In this document: piece after piece, positions 18,716 through 28,072 of the stretch | Position numbering within the stretch: position 1 is the first letter of the stretch | How the letters are laid out: each line of letters opens with the position of its first letter | IMG/VR virus record: IMGVR_UViG_3300022666_000111 | Reading direction: 5' to 3' (one strand) | Source of the DNA: a virus | Taxonomy: Duplodnaviria > Caudoviricetes | DNA: 64,000 nt | The notes under the pieces: generated by a model | The model's database searches: none | Told to the model about the DNA's origin: nothing | What the model saw: only the letters and a program-made list of their open reading frames with translations | Position numbers and translations under genes: made by a program

Positions 18716-19477
18716 ATGGAACAGCTATTCGCATGGATTCTCTCTTTCATGGTGGCCGTAGCGCCCCCGGGCCGGAACACTTACATCCCAGAAGCCAACG
18801 AAACCAAAGACGACGCAATGGCTCGCTATGAGTCGATCGCGCAAGACGTCGCACAAGTCATCTGGGACACCGAGGAAAAGCCCCTCTTCCAAGGCCCAAA
18901 CGGACGCGCACGAACAGCGGCCCTTATTCTTAGCGTGATGCTTCATGAGTCGGCATTCCGCAAGGACGTCGACACCGGGATCGGAAAGCTCGCCAGGGGC
19001 GACGGAGGTCGTTCTTGGTGTCTCATGCAGATGAACATCGGATCCGGTCGAACGATCTCGTGGAACAAAACCAAGTACCGCTTTGCCAAGGACGGGGACC
19101 CCGTCGACGAGATTCTCCCAAGCTACACAGGGCAGATGCTCGTCCAGGACCGGAAGAATTGCATCCGAGCCGGGCTGCACGGGATTCACGGGACGCGTTG
19201 CGGTGGGCTGCCGGTTCGAGAATGGCTGCGTGCGTACGCCAGCGGGTCTTGTGAGAAGGGCTCAACGGAGAGCCGCCGACGCATGGATGTAGCAATCGCG
19301 TGGTACAACAACCACCGACCGTCATTTACTGACGCGGACATCCTGACAGCAATGGCAACACCGCCTGCTCCAGCACCGGCGCCTACGGCCCCTATGGTCT
19401 TGGTTCTCCCCGAGGACCTTCGCCGGGCTGTTGCGGAGACACTTATCCCGAACCCTTGGAGAGGTGCTACCCCATGA
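18716..19477 (+). CDS. putative lysozyme-like / lytic transglycosylase
   Basis: N-terminal hydrophobic segment; HESAF and GDGGRSWCLMQ resemble SLT motifs; AAGGAG RBS. Confidence 0.5.
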   Translation: MEQLFAWILSFMVAVAPPGRNTYIPEANETKDDAMARYESIAQDVAQVIWDTEEKPLFQGPNGRARTAALILSVMLHESAFRKDVDTGIGKLARGDGGRSWCLMQMNIGSGRTISWNKTKYRFAKDGDPVDEILPSYTGQMLVQDRKNCIRAGLHGIHGTRCGGLPVREWLRAYASGSCEKGSTESRRRMDVAIAWYNNHRPSFTDADILTAMATPPAPAPAPTAPMVLVLPEDLRRAVAETLIPNPWRGATP

Positions 19478-19917
19478 AGATGACCAACGACGAGCTACAG
19501 GATCTGAAGGCGCGGTGCTTGACCGCGATCCATCGTGACTACACCATCGCGCATGTTGAGAGCCACATTGCCAACCTCAAGGTCGAAGCGGGTAATCCCG
19601 CGCTGCCTGCTGACCCCAGGATGGCCCTTGTAGCGCTCATTGACACGGCACTAGCCATCCGTGCCGGAAAGATTGCGCCCCCGGCAAAGCCCATCGTGGC
19701 GCCCGAGGTCAAGCCAGCCCCGAAGCCTGAGCCCGTCAAGGAGCCCGAGCCCGAGCCGGTTGTGGAAGAACCCAAGGCAGAAGAAGCACCTGTCGAGGAG
19801 CCCAAGGCAGAAGAAGCACCTGCGCCCGTGTTGACCTCGGGTGAGACGACAGCCGCCGATGACGCCCCCGCAGCCGAAGAGACCCCCAAGCACAAGAGGG
19901 GCGGCAAGCGCTCCTAG
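19474..19917 (+). CDS. Pro/Glu-rich protein
   Basis: Low-complexity tail with a duplicated VEEPKAEEAP. Confidence 0.6.
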   Translation: MKMTNDELQDLKARCLTAIHRDYTIAHVESHIANLKVEAGNPALPADPRMALVALIDTALAIRAGKIAPPAKPIVAPEVKPAPKPEPVKEPEPEPVVEEPKAEEAPVEEPKAEEAPAPVLTSGETTAADDAPAAEETPKHKRGGKRS

Positions 19918-20615
19918 TCCTTCTTTTCCCCATAAACACCCACACCATGTAGTGCATTGAAGATCGGCTTTACGCTCAAACCCAGAGCTTGGGCTATACG
20001 CTTCAAAGACCATCCTTCAGATCGTAAGCGCTGACACACGGCCACCTGCTCGGTATCAAGGGCTCGCTTAGCTTGACCCATGCGTTTGCGGGTCGACTCG
20101 GTGTGGATAGCCCCGAGTCGCATGTAGCCAACTTGTGCGGCACGTTCCGGATGATCTTGATGCCAAGCTTTGAGAGCGTCTGAGATGGCTTGTTTTGTCT
20201 CAGAGCTTCTGGGAACACCTCGTATAGCGTCGTGTGCTTTTGACGTTAGGGTTAACCTTTCCTCGGCTGATAGCCCCTGTAGACGTGCCTTGTGTACAGC
20301 GGACATCCTGTTCGGAGAACCTCCAAAGCCCCCTGTTTGGCGGTTCTGTAGAAGAGGGCACGTCTTCATAGCCTCGGCTATCCTTAAGCGTTCGTCTGTA
20401 TAGGCGGCCTCTTCATTGTCCCACCACTGCAAGGGTTGTAGCTCATACGCTTGGAACCCCCCATTTTGAAGCATGTACTGTCGAAGGTGGTTGCAACGCT
20501 TGGCATTGCAGTGGTTAGCCCAGCGCTTTCGAGGCCGTGCCGTTTTTCCGATATAGATAGTTGCGTCTGTCTCAATGTGGCGAATACGATAAACGCAGAA
20601 CTTCTTGTGTGACAT
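19914..20615 (-). CDS. GIY-YIG homing endonuclease (NUMOD3, C-terminal HTH)
   Basis: CVYRI...IYIGKT; NRQTGG; SETKQAIS; WSLKRIAQALG. Confidence 0.85.
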   Translation of the reverse strand: MSHKKFCVYRIRHIETDATIYIGKTARPRKRWANHCNAKRCNHLRQYMLQNGGFQAYELQPLQWWDNEEAAYTDERLRIAEAMKTCPLLQNRQTGGFGGSPNRMSAVHKARLQGLSAEERLTLTSKAHDAIRGVPRSSETKQAISDALKAWHQDHPERAAQVGYMRLGAIHTESTRKRMGQAKRALDTEQVAVCQRLRSEGWSLKRIAQALGLSVKPIFNALHGVGVYGEKKD

Positions 20616-20622
20616 GCTTGGC

Positions 20623-21333
20623 ATGAGCATTGAACTCCCAGATAAACTAACACCGCTCACAAAAGTTGATCTCATCGAGGCGCTTTGGATGGGGCATCTG
20701 GCATACTTCGGCGCTCCTCCCTCTAAAGAGTGTCTCTGGATTGTTGCGGCACAGGTCATTTTGGAAACGGGCCTCAAATACTGTCATAACTATAATCTAG
20801 GAAATGTTAAGTCGAAGGACGGGGACGGCTTTGACTACCAATTCTTCGGATGCGGTGAAGAGGTCTCCCTCGCGACCGCCAATGCTTGGAAGGCCAAAGA
20901 CCCGAGCCTCGTCAAGATCAAGCGAATCTACCAGGTGAACGGAAAAGACCGGGCATCGGTCTGGGTTGACCCGCCGCATTGGGTGAGCCGGTTCCGAGCC
21001 TTTCACACAGCGGAGGAGGGCGCCCTTGACCACGTAGCGCTTCTCGCCCGGCGCTTCCCCTATGCGCTTGAAGCCGCCAAGCGTAAGGACATCCGGGGGT
21101 ACGCCCATGCCCTGAAGCAGGCGGGCTACTACACGGCGGATGAGGGGCAGTACACGGCAACGATCGTGGGGAGCTACGTGATCGCCGAGAAGGTCCCCGT
21201 GGACTATGACGCCCTCCCCGTCTTGACGGACGCCCAAGGCGAGCAGCTCATGAACCTCGTCGCACGGTCCATCCAAGCCAGTGTGGATGACTACCTCCAA
21301 GAATGCCGTGAGGACGAGCCCGATACGGTGTAG
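20623..21333 (+). CDS. glucosaminidase/FlgJ-like peptidoglycan hydrolase
   Basis: AQVILETG, NYNLGNVK, FRAF, LKQAGYYTA. Confidence 0.7.
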   Translation: MSIELPDKLTPLTKVDLIEALWMGHLAYFGAPPSKECLWIVAAQVILETGLKYCHNYNLGNVKSKDGDGFDYQFFGCGEEVSLATANAWKAKDPSLVKIKRIYQVNGKDRASVWVDPPHWVSRFRAFHTAEEGALDHVALLARRFPYALEAAKRKDIRGYAHALKQAGYYTADEGQYTATIVGSYVIAEKVPVDYDALPVLTDAQGEQLMNLVARSIQASVDDYLQECREDEPDTV

Positions 21334-21342
21334 TCCCAAGGC

Positions 21343-21636
21343 ATGTGGCTCAAATACCGACACAAGTTTTCCAGCGGTTCAGGCGGGGAGTGGTCGTGGA
21401 AGATCCTCTCCTTCGACGACACCGTTCCGAGCAAGGACATCCTCAAGGACACCCTCACGGAGATTCGGCAGGAGTATGAGTGGTCTGAGCAATACCGTGG
21501 GGTCGAGCACGAGGTCGTGAGCGTTCCGCCGCAAGAGGTCATTCTGATGAAGATCGGCGAGACACGGAGCCGGATCCAGGCTTTGGAGAACTTTTCACGG
21601 TATCTCCAAAGCCTCGTGGAGCCTACGGCTTCTTGA
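21343..21636 (+). CDS. hypothetical protein
   Basis: GGTGTAG 9 nt upstream. Confidence 0.55.
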   Translation: MWLKYRHKFSSGSGGEWSWKILSFDDTVPSKDILKDTLTEIRQEYEWSEQYRGVEHEVVSVPPQEVILMKIGETRSRIQALENFSRYLQSLVEPTAS

Positions 21637-22000
21637 CTTCAACGCGGTCTTCGCGGTCATCAATGGCCGCGAAGTGCTTGTTTGGATGGTTGCCCTCTTC
21701 GAATTCCAAGAGGGCTAGGTTGGCGACGTCAACCAAAAACTCCACGTTCCCCGTCTCAGCATAGCGGTCAACGCGGGCCTTGATGGCCTTGAGGAGGTCG
21801 TACTTAGGCTTCCCGGGGGAGTTGAGCCTGCCGTAACGGAGCGCCCCCATAACGAGACGGTTCCGCATGAGCTTCTCGAAGCGTGGGCTCCATTCGGTTT
21901 TCCACAGGTCCTCCGAGTAAGCGACGCTATTCTCGGTAAGCTCCGGGAGCCCGGCCGCCCAACGCCAAAGGTTCTTGATGAAAAAGGCGCGATCCATCAT
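21623..22000 (-). CDS. conserved phage hypothetical protein
   Basis: MRNRLVMGALRYG; TGNVEFLVDVANLA. Confidence 0.6.
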   Translation of the reverse strand: MMDRAFFIKNLWRWAAGLPELTENSVAYSEDLWKTEWSPRFEKLMRNRLVMGALRYGRLNSPGKPKYDLLKAIKARVDRYAETGNVEFLVDVANLALLEFEEGNHPNKHFAAIDDREDRVEVKKP

Positions 22001-23709
22001 AGCTGGTGTCCCCATTCGGAATCATCCGGTTGACCAGGATCCTCGAGGTAGCCCTCGGGGATCCTCCCATTCTCTACGAGCTTTCCCATGAGCTTGCGGG
22101 TCCGGTCAAGGGTAGCCTCATCCGGGATGCCTGCCTTGCGGGGCCGGGGGAGGATGCTCATAAGCCAGAAGGCTTCAACCGGCTTGAGCTGCCCCGGTGT
22201 GACCTTGAAGTAGTGCTTGGAAGCCGGGCCGATCCCGTAGAGGTCCGGGCCGTATTCGACGACGTTGAGGTATAGCTCGATGATCTTGTCCTTGAGGTAG
22301 CAAGACTCGATCGCCTGGGCCAAGAAGAACTCCTGCGCCTTACGCCCCAAGGTCTTATCGCGACGAAGCCAGAGGTTCTTCGCGAGCTGCATGGTGATCG
22401 TTGAGCCGCCTCGGTGGAAGCGCCCGAGCTTGAGGTTGTCCAGGAGGGAGTTACGGTAAGCGCCGATGTCAACGCCTCTGTGTGCGACGTAGCCGGGGTC
22501 CTCCATGGTGATGGCCGCGTTGATGAGCCCCTCGGGAATCGCCTCAAGGGGGACCCAATCGGCGGAGCCTGGGCCGGACGTGCGGTCTACGAGGTCGTTC
22601 TTGGAGGAGTAGACCTTGTAGGTGAACGGCTTGGCAAGCGCCTTGAGCTTGGCCGCGTCACACTTCGCGCGACAGGATGTGTTGACATGTAGGGAAGGTT
22701 TGTCCCCATAACCAACGCGGAAGTCCACGTCTCCGGTGAACGTGATGCCTTCAAGAGGCTCACGAAGCCCCACGGGGAGGCTGGCGACCCAAGCCGAGCA
22801 TGCGCCCTTGCCATCGATCGTCTTGGCGTCAGGAATCCATGAGGCGTCTGCGAAGCCCTCAAGGTTGGCCGTGATGACTTTGCGGTTGGTGATCGTCAGT
22901 ACCACCATCTTGTCGAAGACCACGGGAACAGCGTTCAGCCACTCGTGCTGGAGCACGGCGCCTCCGATTTGGACCTCAATGGGCTCGCCGTAACGCACGA
23001 CGACCTTCTCGAGGCGTTGCCCCATGGCGATGACGCTTTGAGCCATCGCCTTCCTCCCGTCCTTGGAAATCATCGCCTTCTCAACAGCGATCTCAGGACC
23101 TCCTTCGGGCTTGATGGTGACCTTGGCGACGGTGCCAAGGTCGTCCTTGAGGTTCAGGGCGGCGCCTTGTAGGGACCAGGACGTTGTGGGGTATGTGTGA
23201 ATCGGCTGGAGGTACTTCCCAGAAGCCTCAGTGAGGGTGATGTCGTCCTTGGCCTTTCGGACGCCCTTGAAGGTCGCCTCGAAGTCTGGGTTGGTGGCCT
23301 CGCCGGTTTCGGCGGTGATGGTCCCCTGGTCATCAAGGGCAGCGTTGTGCAGCACGGCCTTGAGGCTTCCCTTGAAGACCGTGACCGTGAGCCCCGAGGC
23401 TGTGACCTTACGCTCGGAGGGGTTTGTGGGCTTGCTATCGCCCAAGGTGACGGCTGCCCAGCCTCCTTGGATTTCCACCCGGCCTCCCCAGCTTACGCGC
23501 ACGTTTGGCAACGACGCCGTGAGGTTGGGGCGGTTGACGTGGAGGCTCAGACGAGAGTACCCCAAGCGTGGGCTCACGTCACCAACGGTGACGCCAGGGT
23601 AGTTCTTCTCGACGTGCCATCGGATGGCCATAGGGGTCGCCGCGTAGAAGCCGGTCCCGAGGGCAAGCACCGAGATCGCGACCAGGGCTGTTTTATGCCG
23701 AAAGGTCAT
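21997..23709 (-). CDS. peptidoglycan glycosyltransferase (GT51, monofunctional transglycosylase-like)
   Basis: EDPGY..HRG.D, GGSTITMQLAKNL, RKAQE, KDKIIELYLN; N-terminal anchor. Confidence 0.88.
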   Translation of the reverse strand: MTFRHKTALVAISVLALGTGFYAATPMAIRWHVEKNYPGVTVGDVSPRLGYSRLSLHVNRPNLTASLPNVRVSWGGRVEIQGGWAAVTLGDSKPTNPSERKVTASGLTVTVFKGSLKAVLHNAALDDQGTITAETGEATNPDFEATFKGVRKAKDDITLTEASGKYLQPIHTYPTTSWSLQGAALNLKDDLGTVAKVTIKPEGGPEIAVEKAMISKDGRKAMAQSVIAMGQRLEKVVVRYGEPIEVQIGGAVLQHEWLNAVPVVFDKMVVLTITNRKVITANLEGFADASWIPDAKTIDGKGACSAWVASLPVGLREPLEGITFTGDVDFRVGYGDKPSLHVNTSCRAKCDAAKLKALAKPFTYKVYSSKNDLVDRTSGPGSADWVPLEAIPEGLINAAITMEDPGYVAHRGVDIGAYRNSLLDNLKLGRFHRGGSTITMQLAKNLWLRRDKTLGRKAQEFFLAQAIESCYLKDKIIELYLNVVEYGPDLYGIGPASKHYFKVTPGQLKPVEAFWLMSILPRPRKAGIPDEATLDRTRKLMGKLVENGRIPEGYLEDPGQPDDSEWGHQL

Positions 23710-24230
23710 TCTTGTTCCTCATCAGCTATGCGATCGTACCAGGTCGAATCTGAATCCTGGGACGGAGGTTGCACTATGGTGGGGTTTGGATCGACATGCG
23801 GTTGGGGTTGGATGAGGATCTCATCCATATCGTGACCATGGACCGCGTTCGTGAGCATGTTGACTTGGCGGGCAAGACGATCGATCCGACCAAGCATACG
23901 AGCATTAAGCACTTCTAAGGGGACTCCGTTTTTGATAGCTTTTACCTGGTCCTCAAGGCGCGCTAGCCGAATTGCTGTCTCACGTTTCCATTCAGCGTCA
24001 TCCGCGCGGGTTTGGTGGCGGTTAACCACACGTGCCAGCAGGTCGGTAGCTACGACAACCCCTCCAAAAACCCACACGAGGTGCCAGAACTTGACGCTGA
24101 AGCCTACAAAGTGTGCCGTGACGCCGTAGGCCGTCAGTAGGACGACGCCTGAGCAGAGCGCGCACAGTATGATCCTGAGACGGCGAAGGATGACCTTATC
24201 GTCAACGGGGGAGCCAGGTGAGTATCCCAT
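23706..24230 (-). CDS. two-TM membrane protein with acidic C-terminal tag
   Basis: Two TM helices; ends STWYDRIADEEQE. Confidence 0.6.
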   Translation of the reverse strand: MGYSPGSPVDDKVILRRLRIILCALCSGVVLLTAYGVTAHFVGFSVKFWHLVWVFGGVVVATDLLARVVNRHQTRADDAEWKRETAIRLARLEDQVKAIKNGVPLEVLNARMLGRIDRLARQVNMLTNAVHGHDMDEILIQPQPHVDPNPTIVQPPSQDSDSTWYDRIADEEQE

Positions 24231-24283
24231 GGACCCCAACTACACCGATGGCTCCTTGGGGTCCAGCTAGCCTTTCGATAACG

Positions 24284-24814
24284 ATGTCATTGGTGATGAC
24301 GACCTCTGGCATCGTGACCAAGCCAAACCCTCAAGACCTGTGGGAGCCGACCAACGTTGGCCTATGGGAGAGGGTCAACGACTTGGCTCAAGGCAGGATC
24401 AAGGAACTCAAAGGCAAGGACACCACGTATCACGCCCCAAGGGATGGCGCGGGGTTCAAGGAGTTTCCCTCACCACGTGCCAATGGGTGGTGCGTGAGGA
24501 TCTACAACCTTGCCGGGGGACGTTGGCGCAAAAAGGGTGAGACGCGAACCTTCCTTCTCACGGGGAACATGGTTGAGAAGGTCGTTGAGCGGCACCAAAC
24601 CAAGCTGGCGAAGATGCTCGGAGAGGACATTCGTCGCAGCATGGCCCGCTATCAAGAAGGGCCGAGCCGCGAATGGCACCAGTGTAACGGATGCTCCTTA
24701 TGGGTTGCCACCGAACCTCGCATTGTCACGGCGGCGCAGCCTGGCATCTGCCTTCGCTACCAATTCAGAACAATCGATAAGGGGTGGTGCCCCACACATC
24801 ACACGATGGAGTAA
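24284..24814 (+). CDS. hypothetical phage protein
   Basis: PTN..LW...FPS..ANGW...Y...GG.W; C-terminal Cys cluster. Confidence 0.55.
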   Translation: MSLVMTTSGIVTKPNPQDLWEPTNVGLWERVNDLAQGRIKELKGKDTTYHAPRDGAGFKEFPSPRANGWCVRIYNLAGGRWRKKGETRTFLLTGNMVEKVVERHQTKLAKMLGEDIRRSMARYQEGPSREWHQCNGCSLWVATEPRIVTAAQPGICLRYQFRTIDKGWCPTHHTME

Positions 24815-24819
24815 CAACC

Positions 24820-25380
24820 ATGGCTATGATCGGCCTGCGTATGCCTGCCGAGACAGGTAGGCTGCTTTCAGAGATTTCCGTCGAAGGGGAGGCGGTTGAT
24901 TTCGGCCACGCCCACGTGACGGTCGTCTACCTTGGTGATGACGTCCCTCTCCCGGCTGTCTTGAAGGCCGTGGAGGTCTGCTATGACGTGGCGCAACGAA
25001 TGCGTCCGATCAAGTGCAGCACGCGTCACACGTTCTGCTTCCCTCCATCGGATGAGGGAAAGCATCCAATCATCTGCCCGATTGATTCCCCAGACCTACA
25101 TGTCCTCCATGCAGGGATCACCGCAGGGCTTGACGCTGCGGGCGTCGAGTACAGCAAGAAGTGGCCGGAGTATAGGCCGCACACGACGTTGGCCTATGCC
25201 GACGCGCCTTACCCCGTGATCGACTTCGATCCGATCGAATGGACGGCTTTCGAGCTGACCGTATGGGGTGGGGATCATCGGGATTCGCGGATAGTCATCG
25301 CGATCCCGTTCTACTTCAAAAGTGACGCCAAGTTGGCCGCCAGGGTAGCCGCCCGGTGGCTTGGGCAAAACGCAGGCTAA
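24820..25380 (+). CDS. 2H phosphoesterase (2'-5' RNA ligase / Acb1-like fold)
   Basis: Two HxT motifs, AHVTVVYLG and PHTTLAY; C-terminal AARVAARWL. Confidence 0.82.
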   Translation: MAMIGLRMPAETGRLLSEISVEGEAVDFGHAHVTVVYLGDDVPLPAVLKAVEVCYDVAQRMRPIKCSTRHTFCFPPSDEGKHPIICPIDSPDLHVLHAGITAGLDAAGVEYSKKWPEYRPHTTLAYADAPYPVIDFDPIEWTAFELTVWGGDHRDSRIVIAIPFYFKSDAKLAARVAARWLGQNAG

Positions 25381-25661
25381 GCCACCTTCTCAACATCGCT
25401 TTCCAAGTCCGTCGAACGAATAGCCGGGCACGACCCCGTGTACCACACAACGGGGCGCTTGTTCGTGGATGCCGCCATCCTGTTGTGCTCAAGCCAAGCT
25501 AAGCAATTCCGTAAGAGGCTGCCGTTGAGGTGGGTTTCACGCGCCCATTTGAGCAATTGCGCCCACGTCCGGGGTTCGGAGAGGTACTCCTTAACGGGGG
25601 CGGCCCAGTCTTTCCAACGTGGATCTGTGATGGGAGGGGCGTTGTTGATGAATTTGGGCAT
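25377..25661 (-). CDS. winged-helix-like hypothetical protein
   Basis: GGTGTAG upstream; LRNCLAWLE helix pattern. Confidence 0.5.
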   Translation of the reverse strand: MPKFINNAPPITDPRWKDWAAPVKEYLSEPRTWAQLLKWARETHLNGSLLRNCLAWLEHNRMAASTNKRPVVWYTGSCPAIRSTDLESDVEKVA

Positions 25662-25672
25662 CGCCCCAGGGA

Positions 25673-26170
25673 CTACACCGAGGGGGAGGGCTTCCAGAAA
25701 GACAGGCAGTGATCCTTCGGTTCGTCTACGCTGACGTCTGGCATCCTGATCGTCGGCACGGCGGCCTCTTCAACAACGAATCGGAAGAATTCGTGTGTCT
25801 TCGGAACTTGACCAAACCGAATGTGCCCAACGGCTAGGAGGTGCGGGATGTCCCCGTATTTGGCCTCGGTTTCAGTATCGTACACGTCGTCGGCCTTCAC
25901 GTCCTTAGCGCGTAGCACAACGCCAAAGGTTGTCCGGGCTCGAGCGACGATGCGGGCAGCGTCCTCGGTATTGCCGATGGCTGTTGTGATGGCGTCAACC
26001 ACAGCCTTGAGGTGATCGTTTGCCGTTCCGGGGGTGGGAATGGTGACGAATAGCTCGACGGCCAGGTGAAGGGCGCGGAGGTTATTCTCGTCGCGTTTCA
26101 GGGCGTCTCCGCGTGTGGAAGCCTCAACGGAGCCAACGACCTTGTTATAGAGCGTGATGTCTGTGGCCAT
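25673..26170 (-). CDS. hypothetical protein
   Basis: GGAG RBS; ends Val-TAG. Confidence 0.55.
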   Translation of the reverse strand: MATDITLYNKVVGSVEASTRGDALKRDENNLRALHLAVELFVTIPTPGTANDHLKAVVDAITTAIGNTEDAARIVARARTTFGVVLRAKDVKADDVYDTETEAKYGDIPHLLAVGHIRFGQVPKTHEFFRFVVEEAAVPTIRMPDVSVDEPKDHCLSFWKPSPSV

Positions 26171-26209
26171 ACCCAGATCTCCCTATTGAAAGAAACGTTC
26201 GAGGTTCAG

Positions 26210-26983
26210 ATGCTACAAGTCCTACGTCTCAATAGCCAAGGTCCGATCGTGACGCAATGGCAGCAGTTCCTCCGGGGGCAGGGCTACTATGCTTGCGTAG
26301 TTTCGGGGATCTTCGACACCACTACGCAAAACGCCACCATCGAATTCCAGCGGGCGCACGGTCTTGATGACGACGGTGTCGTTGGGCAATTCACGTACTC
26401 CAAGGCGCTCAAGCTGGGGTTTGGGATCGTCACTGACGACGATCCTGACAAGAGCGGTCCCAATTGGCCTCCCAAGGGCACGTTGCGGGTACTCACGCTG
26501 GCAGAGCGTAAGGCTGCCTTCGGGGACTTCACCTTCGCCTCGGCGCCTGTTCCGGGCAACCCGGAGGCTATCCAAATCCACGGCTCGTGGGTCAAGGACA
26601 ACATCGTTCGCGTCACGGTGCCGCAGCTTGCGCCCTTCGTCGCCGGGGGTACCGTATCCTTCCACAAGAGCGCGGCGGACAAGCTCAAGGCGCTCTTTGC
26701 TGCTTGGGAGGCAGCGGGGTTGCTTGACCGGATCCTCACGTGGGACGGTGGCTGGGCGCCCAGGTTCGTGCGCGGAAGCCGAACGACGCTTTCCAACCAT
26801 GCGTGGGGGACCGCCTTCGATCTCAATGCCAAGTGGAACTACATGGGCGTCAGGCCCGCCCTTGTTGGCGAGAAGGGGTCGGTCAGGGAGCTTGCGGAGA
26901 TCGCCATGGGGCAGGGGTGGTTCTGGGGCGGGCACTACCCGGAGCGTCTTGACGGGATGCACTTCGAGTTGGTGCAACCGTGA
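26210..26983 (+). CDS. endolysin: PG-binding domain plus M15 peptidase
   Basis: WQQFL...FQRAHGLDDDGVVG; SNHAWGTAFDLN; DGMHFE. Confidence 0.9.
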   Translation: MLQVLRLNSQGPIVTQWQQFLRGQGYYACVVSGIFDTTTQNATIEFQRAHGLDDDGVVGQFTYSKALKLGFGIVTDDDPDKSGPNWPPKGTLRVLTLAERKAAFGDFTFASAPVPGNPEAIQIHGSWVKDNIVRVTVPQLAPFVAGGTVSFHKSAADKLKALFAAWEAAGLLDRILTWDGGWAPRFVRGSRTTLSNHAWGTAFDLNAKWNYMGVRPALVGEKGSVRELAEIAMGQGWFWGGHYPERLDGMHFELVQP

Positions 26984-27225
26984 GGGACATCGGTCATGGG
27001 GTTTCAATCGAGGAGGCCATCTATGAGGGGCACCTCTACGGCTTCTGGTATGAGCATCCCGGGATAGGGGGAAAGCCCTGTTGGGGCTGGATCCCTATCA
27101 TATCGGAGAGCCCTTTGGGGTGGACGATCGTGTCGATGGATCCCTTGACGTTGAGCCCCTCACTGGTCTGCCGCCTATGTGGGCATCACGGGTTCATCCG
27201 TGAGGGTCGGTGGATTCCTGCCTGA
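26980..27225 (+). CDS. DUF6527-like Zn protein
   Basis: TLSPSLVC..CGHHGFIREGRW. Confidence 0.65.
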   Translation: MRDIGHGVSIEEAIYEGHLYGFWYEHPGIGGKPCWGWIPIISESPLGWTIVSMDPLTLSPSLVCRLCGHHGFIREGRWIPA

Positions 27226-28072
27226 GTGGGGGCATCCGCAACTTCTCGGTGCGACGGCGAAGACTCAGGTTGTACGTATCCACGAAGTACTTGACACATT
27301 CCCTCATCATGTCCTTGGATCCTGGACCCATAGTCATACGCACGGCGGTTTTGATTCGAGCGTGTGCCATGACGGGCGTGACCCTCTGGAGACGGTCGAT
27401 GAGATGTGCTTGATCCAGGGCAGGGAATTGCGCCAAGAAGCAAGACATACCTCGAATCAAGGTCTGGTGGAACACATCGGGGTTCCCATCCGGGCACCAT
27501 GCAAGCAGCACGCGAATCGTCTGGTCGAGATTCTTGTTGACAACATGCACCCACCGGACGGCATTGACCGCATTGATGTTGTGACTTCGACGAACATTGT
27601 GCATTCCAACACCATGCACTTTGAGAATGCTTGAGATCTCCGTCACGGTCGCATCTTGGTAGTGCGCTTGCGCCTTGAAGTGCTCTACAGGGGTGCAAGC
27701 TATACGGCGCCCCTGTCCATTTCCGTTGTAGAAGTCGTAGAGCATAGACTCTTGCGCAGACGTGAGTCCCTCATACACAAGACAGGGGAGCGGTGTATCC
27801 CCATAACCACTTCGGACAGCAGCAGTGGCACGCTGCTGTCCGTCAATGGCAAAGTACGCATTGTCACGGTAGGAGACAATGAGTGCTCCCGCAATGGCCG
27901 GGTTGAAGCTCTCCGTCATGAGAGCTACATGCCGCACTTTCAGATCGCGCTGGTACCTTGGATCGCAAATCAGGTCGCACGGGCGCAGCATCTTGGTCTT
28001 CGGGGGCGTGACGCTCCGGAGAAAGGCTGCGAACTCTTCGGCTGTGACTGTCCTTTTCTTTCGATCTGCCAT
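27194..28072 (-). CDS. ParB-like (DUF6551) protein
   Basis: DPRYQR; IDGQQR; E..LY..YN. Confidence 0.72.
   Translation of the reverse strand: MADRKKRTVTAEEFAAFLRSVTPPKTKMLRPCDLICDPRYQRDLKVRHVALMTESFNPAIAGALIVSYRDNAYFAIDGQQRATAAVRSGYGDTPLPCLVYEGLTSAQESMLYDFYNGNGQGRRIACTPVEHFKAQAHYQDATVTEISSILKVHGVGMHNVRRSHNINAVNAVRWVHVVNKNLDQTIRVLLAWCPDGNPDVFHQTLIRGMSCFLAQFPALDQAHLIDRLQRVTPVMAHARIKTAVRMTMGPGSKDMMRECVKYFVDTYNLSLRRRTEKLRMPPLRQESTDPHG

Noticed and set aside
19761-19822. Tandem repeat encoding VEEPKAEEAP
   Set aside because: Ordinary low-complexity linker duplication.
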